This document shows positions 1-10,988 of a stretch of 24,000 bases of DNA, one piece after another. Positions within the stretch are counted from its first letter, which is position 1. Each line of letters starts with the position of its first letter. Position numbers and translations under genes: made by a program. Source of the DNA: an uncultured Opitutia bacterium. GTDB lineage: Bacteria > Verrucomicrobiota > Verrucomicrobiia > Opitutales > Coraliomargaritaceae. Below the pieces are notes generated by a model. That model made no database searches and had not been told where the DNA came from. It saw only the letters and a program-made list of their open reading frames with translations. The DNA lies in assembly GCA_937136395.1 (NCBI GenBank), contig CAKZOI010000035.1, positions 88,225 through 112,224 of the forward strand. The letters are read 5' to 3'.

Positions 1-979
1 TGTATTCGCTGAACTTCATACGGGCTAGGATCGTGTAGACGATCAAAGGCTTTGCCAGTAGCACAAAGAGGCTAAGTCCGACCGCCGCTGGCCAGATTGT
101 CGCCATTTCACCGAATTCCATTTTAATGCCGAGTGTGACGAGGAAGATTGCGATGAAGAAAGTCATGAGCGGATGCAGGCGCCGATGGAGGTCTTCATGT
201 ATCGGAAGTTGGGCAATGGCGATCCCCGCAAGGAAGGCGCCGATCTCGACCGACAGATGGAATTGATGTGCGAGGAGCACGACTAAGAAGCACCAGCAAA
301 GTGCCCAGATGAAGACCGTGTCTGGCGAACGCGATGCCCATGCGAAGGGCTTCGGTAGCACGTATCTTGAGGCCGCGAGGGAAACGATCAGTAAGACTGC
401 CATGCCACCAAACGCGAAGGCTAGGTTTTTAGCGAGCTGCACTAGTTCAATTGATTCACCGTCCCCGAGGCCGCTCAAGATCGTTAGACAGACGATGACG
501 ACAATGTCTTGCGCCAAAAAGAGCGAGATCGCAATTCGCCCATAGAGTCGATTCGTGGCACCTTTTTGATCCAAAAGCTTGATGACCACAACCGTGCTGC
601 TGAAGGTGACGGTAGCTCCCAAGAAAACGGATTCGATGACTCCGAAGCCCATCAGCTTTGCTACGGCAAAGCCGCCGACCGCAGTTAATAGCACCTGCAA
701 GCCTCCTAAAATTAGCGCTACCTTGCCGAGATCTTTGATTTTTTGTAGGCTTAATTCGATGCCGACTAGAAAGAGAAGTAGAGCGATTCCGAGCTCAGAG
801 ATGACTTCCAGAGAATGGTCTAGTTCGACCAGTCCGACTCCAGGTCCTAGCACCATGCCGGCTAGAATGTAGCTCACAATTGACGGCATCTTGACTAGCT
901 TTCCAAGGAAAGCGAAGCCTGCCGCCGTAATGACGATGAATCCAAGGTTGAGAAGTAGGTGTAGGTCGGGTGTCGGCAT
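1..979 (-). CDS. Monovalent cation:proton antiporter, CPA2/KefB-like family, N-terminal part (runs off the window start)
   Basis: Not in the ORF track because it is open at the window edge. Reverse translation from ATG (cat 977-979) gives [85 protein letters not shown]..., continuous to base 2. Typical Na+/H+ exchanger fold with hydrophobic helices. Confidence 0.9.
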   Translation of the reverse strand, partial: MPTPDLHLLLNLGFIVITAAGFAFLGKLVKMPSIVSYILAGMVLGPGVGLVELDHSLEVISELGIALLLFLVGIELSLQKIKDLGKVALILGGLQVLLTAVGGFAVAKLMGFGVIESVFLGATVTFSSTVVVIKLLDQKGATNRLYGRIAISLFLAQDIVVIVCLTILSGLGDGESIELVQLAKNLAFAFGGMAVLLIVSLAASRYVLPKPFAWASRSPDTVFIWALCWCFLVVLLAHQFHLSVEIGAFLAGIAIAQLPIHEDLHRRLHPLMTFFIAIFLVTLGIKMEFGEMATIWPAAVGLSLFVLLAKPLIVYTILARMKFSEY

Positions 980-1072
980 TGCTCTCTGCTAGGGCGTGTC
1001 GATGATTAATTCAGCAGGTATCGCGCCGCGCGTAAACGGAAATGATTAAAGTCTTGTGATCTTTTGAGATCC

Positions 1073-1145
1073 GTGGGGGCTTCATTCATGAAGGCCACCG
1101 AGGAAGAGTCTTGCACGCTGCGGCCTTCATAAATGAAGCCCCTAC
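1073..1145. repeat. Inverted pair of REP-like palindromic elements (BIME-like)
   Basis: GTGGGGGCTTCATTCATGAAGGCC (1073-1096) and, on the opposite strand, GTAGGGGCTTCATTTATGAAGGCC (1145-1122). They match at 22/24 positions, are separated by 25 nt, and each is itself an imperfect palindrome preceded by a GTRG tetranucleotide. Confidence 0.65.
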
Positions 1146-1147
1146 GC

Positions 1148-1906
1148 TCAATAGCTTTCACGAACCAGCCCCATCAGAAACTCGCGGTTGCCGTCGGTGC
1201 CTTTGATCGGGGAATCCATGGTGCCGATCAACTGTGCGCCCGGCAGTTCTTTGAGTGCGAAGGCCTGAATGCTTTTAAGCACTCGCTCGTGGATTGCGTT
1301 ATCGCGGATGATTCCACGACCGGCGTCCACTTCGTGCTTTTGTGCCTCAAATTGCGGCTTAACAAGTGCTACGAGGCGCCCGCCTGGAGCCATGAACTGC
1401 CACATGGCGGGCAGGACCTTCGTGAGTGAGATAAAGGAAACGTCGGTAACGATAATCGGGTAGTCCTCGCGTGGGAGATCGCCTGGCTTTAAATGGCGAG
1501 CGTTGGTTTTTTCGATGTTGGTAACGCGCTCGTCTTGGATGAGTTTATTGTGCATTTGCGCACGACCGACATCCACACAAGTGGCGCTGATGGCTCCGCG
1601 TTGTAAGCAGCAGTCGGTAAAGCCGCCAGTGGAGGCGCCGATGTCGAGTATTGGCAAACCTTCAACTGAAATGTCGAATCGATCTAAAAAGCCCTCGAGC
1701 TTTTCGCCACCGCGACTCACGAATCTGGGGGGCGATTCTACATCGACAGCGCTATCGATCGGGAGACTGCGTCCGGGTTTGTCGAGCCGCTCGGTGCCGA
1801 GCTTTACTTTACCAGCAAGGATGAGCGCCTTAGCCCGTGAACGTGTGTCAGCGAGGCCGTTGGCAACCAGTAATTCATCTAGGCGGATTTTCTTAACGGA
1901 AGCCAT
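1148..1906 (-). CDS. tlyA: TlyA-family rRNA (cytidine-2'-O)-methyltransferase
   Basis: N-terminal S4-like domain ([30 protein letters not shown]) followed by [18 protein letters not shown] and a SAM-binding motif [18 protein letters not shown]. Confidence 0.93.
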   Translation of the reverse strand: MASVKKIRLDELLVANGLADTRSRAKALILAGKVKLGTERLDKPGRSLPIDSAVDVESPPRFVSRGGEKLEGFLDRFDISVEGLPILDIGASTGGFTDCCLQRGAISATCVDVGRAQMHNKLIQDERVTNIEKTNARHLKPGDLPREDYPIIVTDVSFISLTKVLPAMWQFMAPGGRLVALVKPQFEAQKHEVDAGRGIIRDNAIHERVLKSIQAFALKELPGAQLIGTMDSPIKGTDGNREFLMGLVRESY

Positions 1907-3184
1907 CTATGAGAGTTCTGGATCAGGATTAGTGCGTTGAACGACATCGATGTCACTAGAGCGGATATGTAGGTCGCGCTGAGGGAAGGGTATTTCGATA
2001 TTATGTTCCTTAAATAGATCCCAAACTTTTAAAAGCACTTCGCTGCGCACGCTGCCGACACCATTTGACGGGTCCGCGATCCACATGCGTAGCTCCAAAT
2101 CCACTGAGCTATCTCCAAAACCAAGTAGTTGGCAGGCGGGAGGTGGGCTATTTAGCACTCGACTAGTGCCTTGGGCGGCGTCGAGGACGAGTTGAATGCA
2201 TTGATGCGGATCTGCGTTGTAAGAGACGCCGATAGGCACGCGCACACGCACTAGATTATCCGTGAAGGACCAATTGATCACTCGTTGAGTGATTAAATCT
2301 TCATTTGGGATCAAGTGCTCAGTGCCATCGCGAGTGATAACTGAGGCGTAGCGTGCGCGTAAATTATTAATCCATCCATAGGTGCCATCAATTTCGATTA
2401 CATCGCCTGGTTTGATCGAATTATCCATGAGCAGAATGATTCCGCTGACGAAATTCGACACCACTTTTTGCAGGCCGAAACCCAGACCGATGCCGATCGC
2501 ACCACCGAGAAAGGCAAATGCTGAAAGGTCGATGCCGATCGATCCGATCGCAGTGACGACGGCAACCGTTATCAGTATAATGCGGACGATCTTCGAAATC
2601 AGCACTTTTAGGGATCCACTCAATCGAGGGATCCGTTCTATTTGCGTTTCAGCGATTCGAGCAACCGCTAGACCAACCCACAAGGTCAATGCGAATGCGA
2701 TAATGCCAGCGAGAATTTTCCATGCCGAGATGGTCAGATCGCCCATCGTGAAGTGCATTTCATCCAGCAAGGTGATGCTGTCTTTGACTAGATCGAGACC
2801 GAAGAGACCTGTGAGCAGGTATGCAATCGCCGCGACCGATTGTGCCCAAAAGCGCTCTCGAAGGAGGCTTGTCAGTAGGCCAATGGCAATCCAGGTGGCA
2901 CCCAGGTAGGTGAAAAATCGCAGGATTGGGGTGTCTATGCCGATAATGAGCGAGAGTAACAAATAGACGGGCAATAGGGTGAGCCACTGTGCGACAAAAG
3001 CGGAGTTCGTTTGCAGCCAAAGCTTGGGCGTGAAATTGTCCCGTTCTTCAGGCCTATTTTTCTTGCCGAAAAGACGTCGATAAAGACTAAGCAAAAGCAA
3101 CACGATGAGGACTTGCCACAAGTCACCGATCTTAAAGCCACCTTCAGGAGCCAGTAGATCGCCCCAATTTTCCATAAATTCCAT
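1907..3184 (-). CDS. MscS-family mechanosensitive ion channel
   Basis: GIGLGFGLQKVVSNFVSGIILLMDNSIKPGDVIEIDGTYGWINNLRARYASVITRDGTEHLIPNEDLITQRVINWS is a canonical MscS TM3/beta-domain sequence. Multiple upstream TM helices. Abuts tlyA with 0 nt spacing. Confidence 0.92.
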   Translation of the reverse strand: MEFMENWGDLLAPEGGFKIGDLWQVLIVLLLLSLYRRLFGKKNRPEERDNFTPKLWLQTNSAFVAQWLTLLPVYLLLSLIIGIDTPILRFFTYLGATWIAIGLLTSLLRERFWAQSVAAIAYLLTGLFGLDLVKDSITLLDEMHFTMGDLTISAWKILAGIIAFALTLWVGLAVARIAETQIERIPRLSGSLKVLISKIVRIILITVAVVTAIGSIGIDLSAFAFLGGAIGIGLGFGLQKVVSNFVSGIILLMDNSIKPGDVIEIDGTYGWINNLRARYASVITRDGTEHLIPNEDLITQRVINWSFTDNLVRVRVPIGVSYNADPHQCIQLVLDAAQGTSRVLNSPPPACQLLGFGDSSVDLELRMWIADPSNGVGSVRSEVLLKVWDLFKEHNIEIPFPQRDLHIRSSDIDVVQRTNPDPELS

Positions 3185-3259
3185 GGTGCTTAGTAAGTCG
3201 CGATAATTCGATGTCGCAATCTTTTTGCATATTTACAAATAGTCCTCATATTGACGCGA

Positions 3260-4678
3260 ATGCGCCATATCATTCTACCTATTGTTATTATTGCCTGTGT
3301 CTCTAGTCACACATCTGCTCAAAACCGGATCGGGACTGGAGAGGTTGATAAGCTATATAAGTCGACCTGTGCTAGTTGTCATGGTGAGGACCTTAAAGGT
3401 GGATTGGGCGGTTCATTACTGACGATCGATACATGGAAGCAGGTCGGTAAGACCACGAGTTTTTTGGACTATGTTAAAGAGGGTAACCTAGAGATGGGTA
3501 TGCCAGCATTTGGAGGCGCTTTGTCCGACCCGCAAATTCGGTCGCTCGAAATCTATATTGATGAAATGCGCCAAAGCGCCGCCCGTGATGGTGCCACTTT
3601 GGTTGAGGCGCACGATGGAGTGTATTCGGCAGGTGGATACCAGTTTACGGTAGAGACGATTGTTGCTGAAACAAACAAGCCATGGTCGATTGCGTTTTTG
3701 CTCGATGGTAACGCGCTCGTTGCCGATCGTGATGGGGACTTACAGGTTTTGAAGGATGGCCAGTTGTCAAAACCAATAGCAAATACACCAGAGGTCTGGG
3801 CGAGAGGGCAGGGTGGCTTGCTCGAAGTCGCGCTGCATCCAGAGTATGCGAAGAATGGTTGGGTCTATCTATCCTTTTCCGAAAGTGGCGGTAAAGTGGC
3901 TGGAAAAGTCGCGGGTATGACAAAGGTCGTTCGCGGACGTATCGTCAATCATGAATGGACTGATCAAGAAGTGTTGTTTGAAACGCCACTTAAGTTCCAT
4001 CGCTCCTCTGGGGCGCATTTTGGTTCACGTTTTGTCTTCAAAGATGGCTATCTCTTTTTTGGTATTGGCGACCGTGGTGCCCAAGATATGGCGCAAGATC
4101 TCAACGCTCCGAATGGCAAGATTCATCGTATTCACGACGATGGGCGAGTGCCGAAGGATAACCCGTTTGTAGATGTCCCAAATGCCTATCCGACAATTTG
4201 GACCTACGGAAATCGCAATCCGCAAGGCTTAGACCTGCATCCTGCCACTGGTGAACTTTGGGAGTCCGAGCACGGTCCCCGCGGTGGTGATGAGATCAAT
4301 GTCATCGAGCGTGAGAACAATTACGGTTGGCCGGTCATCACCTACGGTATGAACTATAATGGCAAGCCGATCACGGCGATTACTGAGAAGGAGGGTATGG
4401 AGCAACCGAAGCATTATTGGACGCCTTCGATCGCTGTTTGTGGCATCGACTTTTACGAGGGTGACGTTTTCTCAGACTGGCAAAATGACTTACTCGTAGC
4501 TGGGTTGGCTTCTCAGGAGTTACACCGTTTGGAGGTAGAAGATGGCAAGGTCTTAAGCGATCAGATCATTCTGCATGGTATCGGTCGTATACGTGACGTG
4601 GCAAGTGGACCTGATGGGTTCATCTATCTCTTGCTTGATCGCCCTGGGAAAATAGTGCGCTTAGTCCCAGTTCAATAG
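3260..4678 (+). CDS. Secreted c-type cytochrome domain fused to a PQQ-dependent aldose/sorbosone-type sugar dehydrogenase
   Basis: Signal peptide MRHIILPIVIIACVSSHTSAQ (start at ATG 3260; track ORF begins at TTG 3251). Haem c motif CASCH (STCASCHGEDLKGG). C-terminal GSDH-like features: YKNGWVYLSFS, YGNRNPQGLDLHPATGELWESEHGPRGGDEINVIERENNYGWPVITYG. Confidence 0.88.
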   Translation: MRHIILPIVIIACVSSHTSAQNRIGTGEVDKLYKSTCASCHGEDLKGGLGGSLLTIDTWKQVGKTTSFLDYVKEGNLEMGMPAFGGALSDPQIRSLEIYIDEMRQSAARDGATLVEAHDGVYSAGGYQFTVETIVAETNKPWSIAFLLDGNALVADRDGDLQVLKDGQLSKPIANTPEVWARGQGGLLEVALHPEYAKNGWVYLSFSESGGKVAGKVAGMTKVVRGRIVNHEWTDQEVLFETPLKFHRSSGAHFGSRFVFKDGYLFFGIGDRGAQDMAQDLNAPNGKIHRIHDDGRVPKDNPFVDVPNAYPTIWTYGNRNPQGLDLHPATGELWESEHGPRGGDEINVIERENNYGWPVITYGMNYNGKPITAITEKEGMEQPKHYWTPSIAVCGIDFYEGDVFSDWQNDLLVAGLASQELHRLEVEDGKVLSDQIILHGIGRIRDVASGPDGFIYLLLDRPGKIVRLVPVQ

Positions 4679-4694
4679 ATCGATTGTTATTAAT

Positions 4695-5552
4695 ATGCAT
4701 TTGCGAGCGACGGTTGCGTTCGATGCGGAGTCACTGTTGCGGGCGCAAGCCTTGGCGGATCGTTTTGATGTGCCCTGCTTAGATGCGCGGCATTTAGATA
4801 CCTTGAAGCCACGTGCGATCCATCGATTGGTTGCCGATAATGTTGATGAATTAGAGCAAGATGGCGTCTTCGTGTGCGCTCAAGATGGTGTGCGACTATT
4901 GTCCGGTGGCGATCAGGACGGACTGATGATTCAAGCGGATTTCGTAGGTGCCACGGTATCGTATCGACGCGAAAAAGGAGGTGGGCGTCGCCAAATGATC
5001 GCCAAAGCGATGGGACTGAAGTCTGGAGTTTTTCCGCATGTTTTGGACGCCACTGCAGGCCTGGGAGGCGATGCATTTGTTCTCGCGAGCCTTGGATGTC
5101 GACTTACTTTGCTGGAACGTTCACCAATTGTCCGTGCACTTTTGGCAGAGGGCTTAAGCCATGGCTTAAGGGTCGCAGAAGAGACGGACCCTGAGCTTTC
5201 GAAGATTCTTAGCGCGATGTCGTTACACGAAGCCGATGCGTCGACACATCTTGACCAACTTGAAGGAGCCGCCTGCCCTGATGTCGTATATCTCGATCCC
5301 ATGTTTCCAGAACGCTCTAAAAGCGCACTCGTAAAAAAGGAGATGCGGGTATTCCACCGTCTCGTTGGCGAAGATGCCGACGCCGGTGCCTTATTGCCCT
5401 TGGCATTGAGTAAAGCTCGCTATCGTGTGGTAGTGAAACGGCCTCGATTGGCGCCCTTTTTAAACGAAACGAAGCCCAGCCATAGTTTAACGGGTAAGCG
5501 TAATCGTTTTGATGTCTACGTTCTGAAGGGCATGCCTGACAGGCTCGGCTAA
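4695..5552 (+). CDS. rsmJ: 16S rRNA (guanine1516-N2)-methyltransferase-like protein
   Basis: [39 protein letters not shown] and [33 protein letters not shown] match the RsmJ/YhiQ family pattern. Confidence 0.88.
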   Translation: MHLRATVAFDAESLLRAQALADRFDVPCLDARHLDTLKPRAIHRLVADNVDELEQDGVFVCAQDGVRLLSGGDQDGLMIQADFVGATVSYRREKGGGRRQMIAKAMGLKSGVFPHVLDATAGLGGDAFVLASLGCRLTLLERSPIVRALLAEGLSHGLRVAEETDPELSKILSAMSLHEADASTHLDQLEGAACPDVVYLDPMFPERSKSALVKKEMRVFHRLVGEDADAGALLPLALSKARYRVVVKRPRLAPFLNETKPSHSLTGKRNRFDVYVLKGMPDRLG

Positions 5553-5706
5553 GTCGACTTTATCATGCGCGTCATTCGTGACTGTGGCGTCTACACTTGA
5601 ACATTGCTTAACAATAAATTTTTCCAGATTTTGGAGGGACGTCCATTCCGTCACTTTTTTCGGCGCTGCTGTTGACCTTCTCACGTTTTTGCTTGGGATG
5701 CTGCAT

Positions 5707-6822
5707 ATGGAACCAAATTTTACAAAACTAGCTGGTGTGTTGACCGCGTTCTCTACCAATTTGCAAAAAGGTGAGCGGGTGCTGATTGATGCCTTCGATA
5801 TCCCAGAAGCGATGGTTGTGGCACTTGTGCGTGCGGCTCGCGACCGGGGCGCAATTCCATTTGTGAATATTCAGCGTGCTCGTGTGAGCCGTGAGCTAGT
5901 CAACGATATAGATGCTGATCAGTTTGAGACGCAGGCCACTTGGGAGCTCGCGCGTATGCAGAAGATGGATGCCTATATCGCGGTGCGCGGTTCAGATAAT
6001 ATTTTTGAGATGTCCGACGTTGACCCTGTTAAAGTGAGCCGTGTGATGCGGGCGATGAAGGAAGTGCTCGATTACCGTGTAAACAAAACCAAGTGGGTGA
6101 TCTTACGTTGGCCGACGCCTGCGATGGCACAGCAAGCAATGATGAGCACCGAAAGCTTTGAAGACTTTTTCTTTCGAGTATGCACGCAGGACTACGCTCG
6201 TATGACTGAAGGTATGCAAGCTCTTGAAGACTTGATGTCGCAGACAGATCGAGTAGAACTCAAGGGGCCGAAGACCGATCTGCGTTTTTCGATCAAAGGC
6301 ATCGGAGCGGTTGCCTGCGGTGGTAAGCATAACATCCCCGACGGTGAGGTGTTTTCTTGCCCAGTTCGTGACTCTGTCGAAGGTGAGATCACCTACAACG
6401 CACCGACGATCTACCAAGGCGTTTCTTTCGATAATATCCATCTCAAGTTTGAGAAAGGGAAGATTGTTCACGCCGAGAGTTCCAACACAAAACGTTTGAA
6501 CGAGATCCTTAATTCCGACGAGGGGGCACGCTTTATCGGTGAGTTTGCAATTGGCTTTAACCCACATGTGCTCGAGCCGATGCGCGATATACTATTCGAC
6601 GAGAAAATCGCGGGTTCTTTCCACTTCACACCCGGGCAAGCTTATGAGGAAGCCGACAATGGTAACCGTTCTCAAGTCCATTGGGACATGGTGCAGATCC
6701 AGCGCCCTGAATATGGCGGCGGTGAAGTCTGGTTTGATGGTGAGTTGATCCGCAAGGATGGCCTCTTCGTAAAGGAATCACTTAAGAAATTGAATCCTGA
6801 CTACTTGCTCGGTGGTGAGTAA
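5707..6822 (+). CDS. Aminopeptidase, M29 (thermophilic metallopeptidase) family
   Basis: The track ORF starts at GTG 5578, but homology-like sequence begins at [44 protein letters not shown] (ATG 5707; ATG 5698 also possible). C-terminal half has [44 protein letters not shown] and [17 protein letters not shown]. Confidence 0.87.
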   Translation: MEPNFTKLAGVLTAFSTNLQKGERVLIDAFDIPEAMVVALVRAARDRGAIPFVNIQRARVSRELVNDIDADQFETQATWELARMQKMDAYIAVRGSDNIFEMSDVDPVKVSRVMRAMKEVLDYRVNKTKWVILRWPTPAMAQQAMMSTESFEDFFFRVCTQDYARMTEGMQALEDLMSQTDRVELKGPKTDLRFSIKGIGAVACGGKHNIPDGEVFSCPVRDSVEGEITYNAPTIYQGVSFDNIHLKFEKGKIVHAESSNTKRLNEILNSDEGARFIGEFAIGFNPHVLEPMRDILFDEKIAGSFHFTPGQAYEEADNGNRSQVHWDMVQIQRPEYGGGEVWFDGELIRKDGLFVKESLKKLNPDYLLGGE

Positions 6823-7981
6823 GCCTCAGAGTCTAACGAATCACCCAAAACTGGGCGTGTATGTTCACGTTCCCTTCTGTGCATCGACTTGTGATTTCTG
6901 TGCCTTTTATCAAGAAAAACCACGACGTGGCGACCTTGACCGTTACCTCATGGGCATGGATGCCGAGTTTGCGCTATTACCGCAGGACCGGCGAGTGGAC
7001 ACTGTTTTCTGGGGTGGTGGCACGCCAGGTTTACTCGCTGCGAAAGACTTGGAGCGACTGGGTCAATCCATGCTCGAGCATTTAGTCGAGCCGCCAAAAG
7101 AGTGGACGATAGAGATGGCTCCCTCCACTGTGAAGGAGGACAAGCTCGAAGTTCTCAAGGAGCTCGGTGTGACACGTGTTTCGATGGGTGTGCAAAGTTT
7201 TGATGCAGACTTATTGGAGTCCCTAGGGCGCTTGCACCGGCCGAATCAAATCTACACAGCATGGGAGCGCTTGAAGGCCGCAGACTTTCCGCAGACCAAT
7301 CTCGACCTTATGTTCGCGATTCCTAATCAATCATTGGAGCAGTGGGAAGCCGCTATTTATGAAGCCGCCCGTTTAGGCCCCACGCATTTGTCGACTTACT
7401 GCCTCACCTTCGAAGAAGATACCGCTCTCTATGTAAAACTCTCCGAGGGTAAAGTCTCGATCGATGAAGAGCGCGAGCGACGCTTTTATGAACGCGGTTG
7501 GGAGTTATTAGCCGAGCTCGGCTACGCACAATATGAAGTCTCCAATTTTTCAAAGCCTGGAGCTGAGTGTGTCCATAATGTGAATACATGGCGTATGCAG
7601 GAGTGGATCGGTTGCGGTCCTTCGGCTGCCAGCCAATATCAAGGTGAGCGCTATCAACGGCCAGCCAATCTTGATGAATGGGGAGCCTCTATGGAGTCGG
7701 GCCAACCTGCTAAGACCGAACGAGTCGAGCTGGATGCGTCGATTCTCTTTGCCGATGCACTCGTATTTGGGCTGCGAATGAATACTGGCTGCAATTTAGA
7801 TATGATTCGCGATCAGTTCCACGCCCCTGAAGTCTTGCAGTCAATAGAGACCTTATTGAAGCGCCTTGAAGTAGAAGGTCTACTCCTGCGAAAGGGTGCC
7901 AACATACAGCTCACGCATAAAGGTCGCCTCGTCTGCGACGCCATAGGCAGCTCTATCTTGCAAGCCGTTGATGAAGCTTGA
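6812..7981 (+). CDS. hemW: HemW-like radical SAM protein (coproporphyrinogen III oxidase-like)
   Basis: [18 protein letters not shown] (CxxxCxxC radical SAM motif), [41 protein letters not shown]-like region ([15 protein letters not shown]). GTG start overlaps the upstream gene by 11 nt. Confidence 0.88.
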   Translation: MVSKPQSLTNHPKLGVYVHVPFCASTCDFCAFYQEKPRRGDLDRYLMGMDAEFALLPQDRRVDTVFWGGGTPGLLAAKDLERLGQSMLEHLVEPPKEWTIEMAPSTVKEDKLEVLKELGVTRVSMGVQSFDADLLESLGRLHRPNQIYTAWERLKAADFPQTNLDLMFAIPNQSLEQWEAAIYEAARLGPTHLSTYCLTFEEDTALYVKLSEGKVSIDEERERRFYERGWELLAELGYAQYEVSNFSKPGAECVHNVNTWRMQEWIGCGPSAASQYQGERYQRPANLDEWGASMESGQPAKTERVELDASILFADALVFGLRMNTGCNLDMIRDQFHAPEVLQSIETLLKRLEVEGLLLRKGANIQLTHKGRLVCDAIGSSILQAVDEA

Positions 7982-8011
7982 GTAGACTTGACCTCACATT
8001 GGCGACATGAC

Positions 8012-8485
8012 TCAGAGCGAATCGATGGAGCTGTCGGCTGAGCTTTGTGCGATCGGTTTTGCGCAGACAATGCGCCAGTCGCCGTTTTCAGTCTGCCCAA
8101 TTGTGAATAGGCTGGTTAAGTCGTCTTCGACGTTATAGTAGACACGCATTCTGTAGCCAGGTTCTAGGCTTGGACCGTATTGGACACCATTGTGTGTGTA
8201 GTCTATAGATTCCTCTGGCGCGTTTGTCAGGGGTTCGAAACTGATCGCTTTGATTGGTAAACCGAGCTCGTTGTTGAGCGCACTCTTTAGGAGTGTCAGT
8301 GTCGCAGCGTCACAGCCTTCAGTATGGTAGAGTGAAAGTAGGGGTTGGATGGTCGCTGCGTTATTAGCAGCTTTGAATTCGTCGCGGAGAGTTTCGAGTG
8401 CTTCGCTATAGTCAGCTTTGGGTGCGCACGCACTGACGAGGGCAATTGTTAAGATGATGCCTATTTTATGAGCGATATGGCGCAT
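8012..8485 (-). CDS. Hypothetical lipoprotein
   Basis: The track ORF extends to 8548, but the likely start is ATG 8485: MRHIAHKIGIILTIALVSACAPKADYSEAL, a signal peptide with a lipobox-like VSAC. Last gene of the minus-strand accBC operon. Confidence 0.65.
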   Translation of the reverse strand: MRHIAHKIGIILTIALVSACAPKADYSEALETLRDEFKAANNAATIQPLLSLYHTEGCDAATLTLLKSALNNELGLPIKAISFEPLTNAPEESIDYTHNGVQYGPSLEPGYRMRVYYNVEDDLTSLFTIGQTENGDWRIVCAKPIAQSSADSSIDSL

Positions 8486-8570
8486 TCGATTTATAAAAAT
8501 CCCTGCTATGACCCGCCTGCTATGGGGTTTACGCACTGCGGTCGTCACGAGTGGCGGCCCTAGGATTTGG

Positions 8571-9125
8571 CTACTTCGTGTGGTCGTCGGTTTCGATCAT
8601 TTCGTCGCCTGCGTCAATCGGGTCGTCGTAGGCATCTAGTGTTGGGTCTTCAAGTTGTTTCACTGTGTTGGATTGATCGATCCGTCCACTTTTGAAACCA
8701 GTGGCTGTGATGTTGATATAGCCCAGGTTTTCGATGCCTAAATTCTCACTGAGCGCATGGCGCAGGTGCGATTGCAGAGTGTCTTCGATCTCACGGAGGC
8801 GGCCTCCAGCGAGTAGCTTTATGCTGACGTCGAGATTGGTGACCTTACGTTTGCTGACTAGCTTAACTCGCGGTTTGGAGACATTGTTAAGTTGTTCGCA
8901 GGAGGTTTGAACGAGTTCGACAATGGCTGAACGGCTGACCATGACGTGCCCGTTCTCAGTGGCATATGCGAGCACTTTGTTGGGCTGACGACGTAGCCGT
9001 AAGACAAGCAGGAATCCTAGCAGGAGGACCAAAATGACAACGCATCCGATGGCCATGGGTGGGGCATCTGTCAGTTTCTGTATGAACTCTGATAAGGTTG
9101 AGGAAGTCGTGCTTGAAGAATTCAT
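8571..9125 (-). CDS. AmaP-like (alkaline shock response membrane anchor-like) protein
   Basis: One strong TM helix ([21 protein letters not shown]), then an Asp23-like soluble segment ([70 protein letters not shown]). Lies next to an Asp23 gene. Confidence 0.6.
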   Translation of the reverse strand: MNSSSTTSSTLSEFIQKLTDAPPMAIGCVVILVLLLGFLLVLRLRRQPNKVLAYATENGHVMVSRSAIVELVQTSCEQLNNVSKPRVKLVSKRKVTNLDVSIKLLAGGRLREIEDTLQSHLRHALSENLGIENLGYINITATGFKSGRIDQSNTVKQLEDPTLDAYDDPIDAGDEMIETDDHTK

Positions 9126-9147
9126 GGAAGCTTAGGAGGGGGCCGAT

Positions 9148-9588
9148 TTAGTCTGTATGTGGCTGGTGGTCCCAGTCGTCTTTCGCTTCCTCTTCGTTTG
9201 TGCGGACGCCGTCGATGACTACGTTCACGCAGGCGACGTTTTTGCTAGTCATTTTCTCAACTTGTTCGGCGACGCGTTCTTGGATTTGAGTCGCAACAGT
9301 GGCGAGCTCGACGCCGAAGCGAAGGATGACGCGAATTTCGATTTGGTAGTCGCCCACTTCGTCTTGGTCGACGCGGGCACCACGTTCATCACCTTTCTTG
9401 GCTTTGAAGATGTCGGCAATGCCGTCGACAAAGCCGCCGCCAACTGCGGAAACACCGGAAACTTCAAGTGCGGCGAGGCGCACGATGCTGGCAACCACGC
9501 TGTGGTTGATGCGAATTTCTCCAAGGGTATTGGAGTCCTCAGACATTGTTGGGATTGTTGATTCGTCGTTTTCAGATGAATGGCTCAT
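9148..9588 (-). CDS. Asp23/Gls24 family envelope stress response-like protein
   Basis: [32 protein letters not shown]..., [47 protein letters not shown] is the classic Asp23/DUF322 pattern. Confidence 0.88.
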   Translation of the reverse strand: MSHSSENDESTIPTMSEDSNTLGEIRINHSVVASIVRLAALEVSGVSAVGGGFVDGIADIFKAKKGDERGARVDQDEVGDYQIEIRVILRFGVELATVATQIQERVAEQVEKMTSKNVACVNVVIDGVRTNEEEAKDDWDHQPHTD

Positions 9589-9614
9589 AATCTTAGTGTG
9601 CTTATGGGATCGGT

Positions 9615-10979
9615 TTAGGTGTAAAGGTCTTCAGGGACGCGTTCGATGAATTCTTCGATATACTTCGTTGTGGCTTTACCCTCGCGGAAGATGGGGTCGC
9701 GAATGATTGCGCGCGAGAAAGGAATATTGGTTTTGATGCCTCGGATGATGTATTCGCCGAGTGCGCGATCCATGCGGTCCATTGCGAGTTCACGGGTCTT
9801 GCCGAAGGTCATGACTTTGGCGATCATACTGTCATAGTATGGTGGGATGGTATAGCCGCCATAACAGTGAGAGTCGATACGCACGCCGTGGCCACCAGGA
9901 GCATAGTAGAGTGAGATTTCTCCGGGGCAGGGGGCAAAGTTGCGGCCTGGGTCTTCAGCGCAAACACGGCATTCGATGCAGTGCTTGGTGATTTTAATGT
10001 CTTTTTGCTGGTAGCTAAGCTTTTGACCGCTGGCTACAAGTAGTTGCTCTTTAACAAGGTCGACACCGGTAACTTCTTCGGTGACGCCGTGCTCGACTTG
10101 AATACGGGTATTCATCTCGATGAAAAAGTAATCGCCATTGCCGTCGACGAGGAACTCTACGGTGCCAGCGCCTTCGTAATTGACTGATTTTGCGAGTTTG
10201 ACCGCATCTTCACCCATTTTTTTACGAATCTTATCGGAAATGAACGGTGAGGGCGCTTCTTCGATCACTTTTTGGTGACGGCGCTGGATCGAGCAGTCTC
10301 GTTCACCAAGGTGAATCACGTTGCCGTGTTGATCGCCCATGAGCTGGATTTCGATGTGGCGTGGTGCCTCAAGGAAGCGCTCCAGGTAAACCGCGCCGTT
10401 GCCAAATGCTTTTTCGGCTTCGTTACGGGCATTGTTATATTCTTTGACGAATGCGACAGCGTTGTTTGCGGTGCGCATACCTTTGCCACCGCCGCCAGCG
10501 ACTGCTTTAATGATTACCGGAAAACCGATTTTCTTAGCGGTTTCAATAGCGTCTGTTTCGTTATCAACGGTGCCATCACTTCCAGGAATGACGGGAACGT
10601 TTGCCTTAACCGCCATGTCACGAGCCTTTGCTTTGTCGCCAAAATTGATGATGGCTTCAGGGCCGGGGCCGATAAACTTGATATTGCACTTAGCGCATTG
10701 TTCAGCGAAATCAGCATTTTCTGCAAGAAAGCCGTAGCCAGGGTGGATGGCATCGACATCCGCGATTTCGGCGGCTGCAATAATACGATCAGCTTTCAGG
10801 TAACTAAGGTTGCCGGCTGGTGGGCCGATGCAAATCGCTTCGTCCGCGAGTTGCACGTGAAGTGATTGCTCGTCGGCCTCGGAGTAAACGGCGAGCGTTT
10901 TGATTCCAAGTTCGTTACAAGCACGGACGATGCGGAGCGCAATTTCGCCCCGATTTGCGATAAGAACTTTTTTAATCAT
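9615..10979 (-). CDS. accC: Acetyl-CoA carboxylase, biotin carboxylase subunit
   Basis: [44 protein letters not shown]-like ATP-grasp loop ([15 protein letters not shown]), [39 protein letters not shown]. Confidence 0.98.
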   Translation of the reverse strand: MIKKVLIANRGEIALRIVRACNELGIKTLAVYSEADEQSLHVQLADEAICIGPPAGNLSYLKADRIIAAAEIADVDAIHPGYGFLAENADFAEQCAKCNIKFIGPGPEAIINFGDKAKARDMAVKANVPVIPGSDGTVDNETDAIETAKKIGFPVIIKAVAGGGGKGMRTANNAVAFVKEYNNARNEAEKAFGNGAVYLERFLEAPRHIEIQLMGDQHGNVIHLGERDCSIQRRHQKVIEEAPSPFISDKIRKKMGEDAVKLAKSVNYEGAGTVEFLVDGNGDYFFIEMNTRIQVEHGVTEEVTGVDLVKEQLLVASGQKLSYQQKDIKITKHCIECRVCAEDPGRNFAPCPGEISLYYAPGGHGVRIDSHCYGGYTIPPYYDSMIAKVMTFGKTRELAMDRMDRALGEYIIRGIKTNIPFSRAIIRDPIFREGKATTKYIEEFIERVPEDLYT

Positions 10980-10988
10980 TCAGAAAAC

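Noticed and set aside
309-872. Plus-strand ORFs of 78 and 97 aa near the window start
   Set aside because: Shadow ORFs of the reverse-strand KefB-like antiporter, which reads continuously from 979 to the window edge.
1503-1940. Plus-strand ORF of 145 aa
   Set aside because: Antisense to tlyA and the end of the MscS gene, both with strong family motifs. Low-complexity Ser/Arg-rich composition typical of a shadow ORF.
2382-2909. Plus-strand ORF of 175 aa
   Set aside because: Antisense to the MscS channel coding sequence, no recognisable domain.
5578-5706. N-terminal 43 residues of the M29 aminopeptidase track ORF
   Set aside because: Sequence [22 protein letters not shown]... is not family-like. 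Internal ATG at 5707 (or 5698) gives a typical N-terminus.
9157-9561. Plus-strand ORF of 134 aa
   Set aside because: Antisense to the Asp23-family gene, no domain.
10272-10865. Plus-strand ORF of 197 aa
   Set aside because: Antisense to accC, whose motifs are unambiguous.
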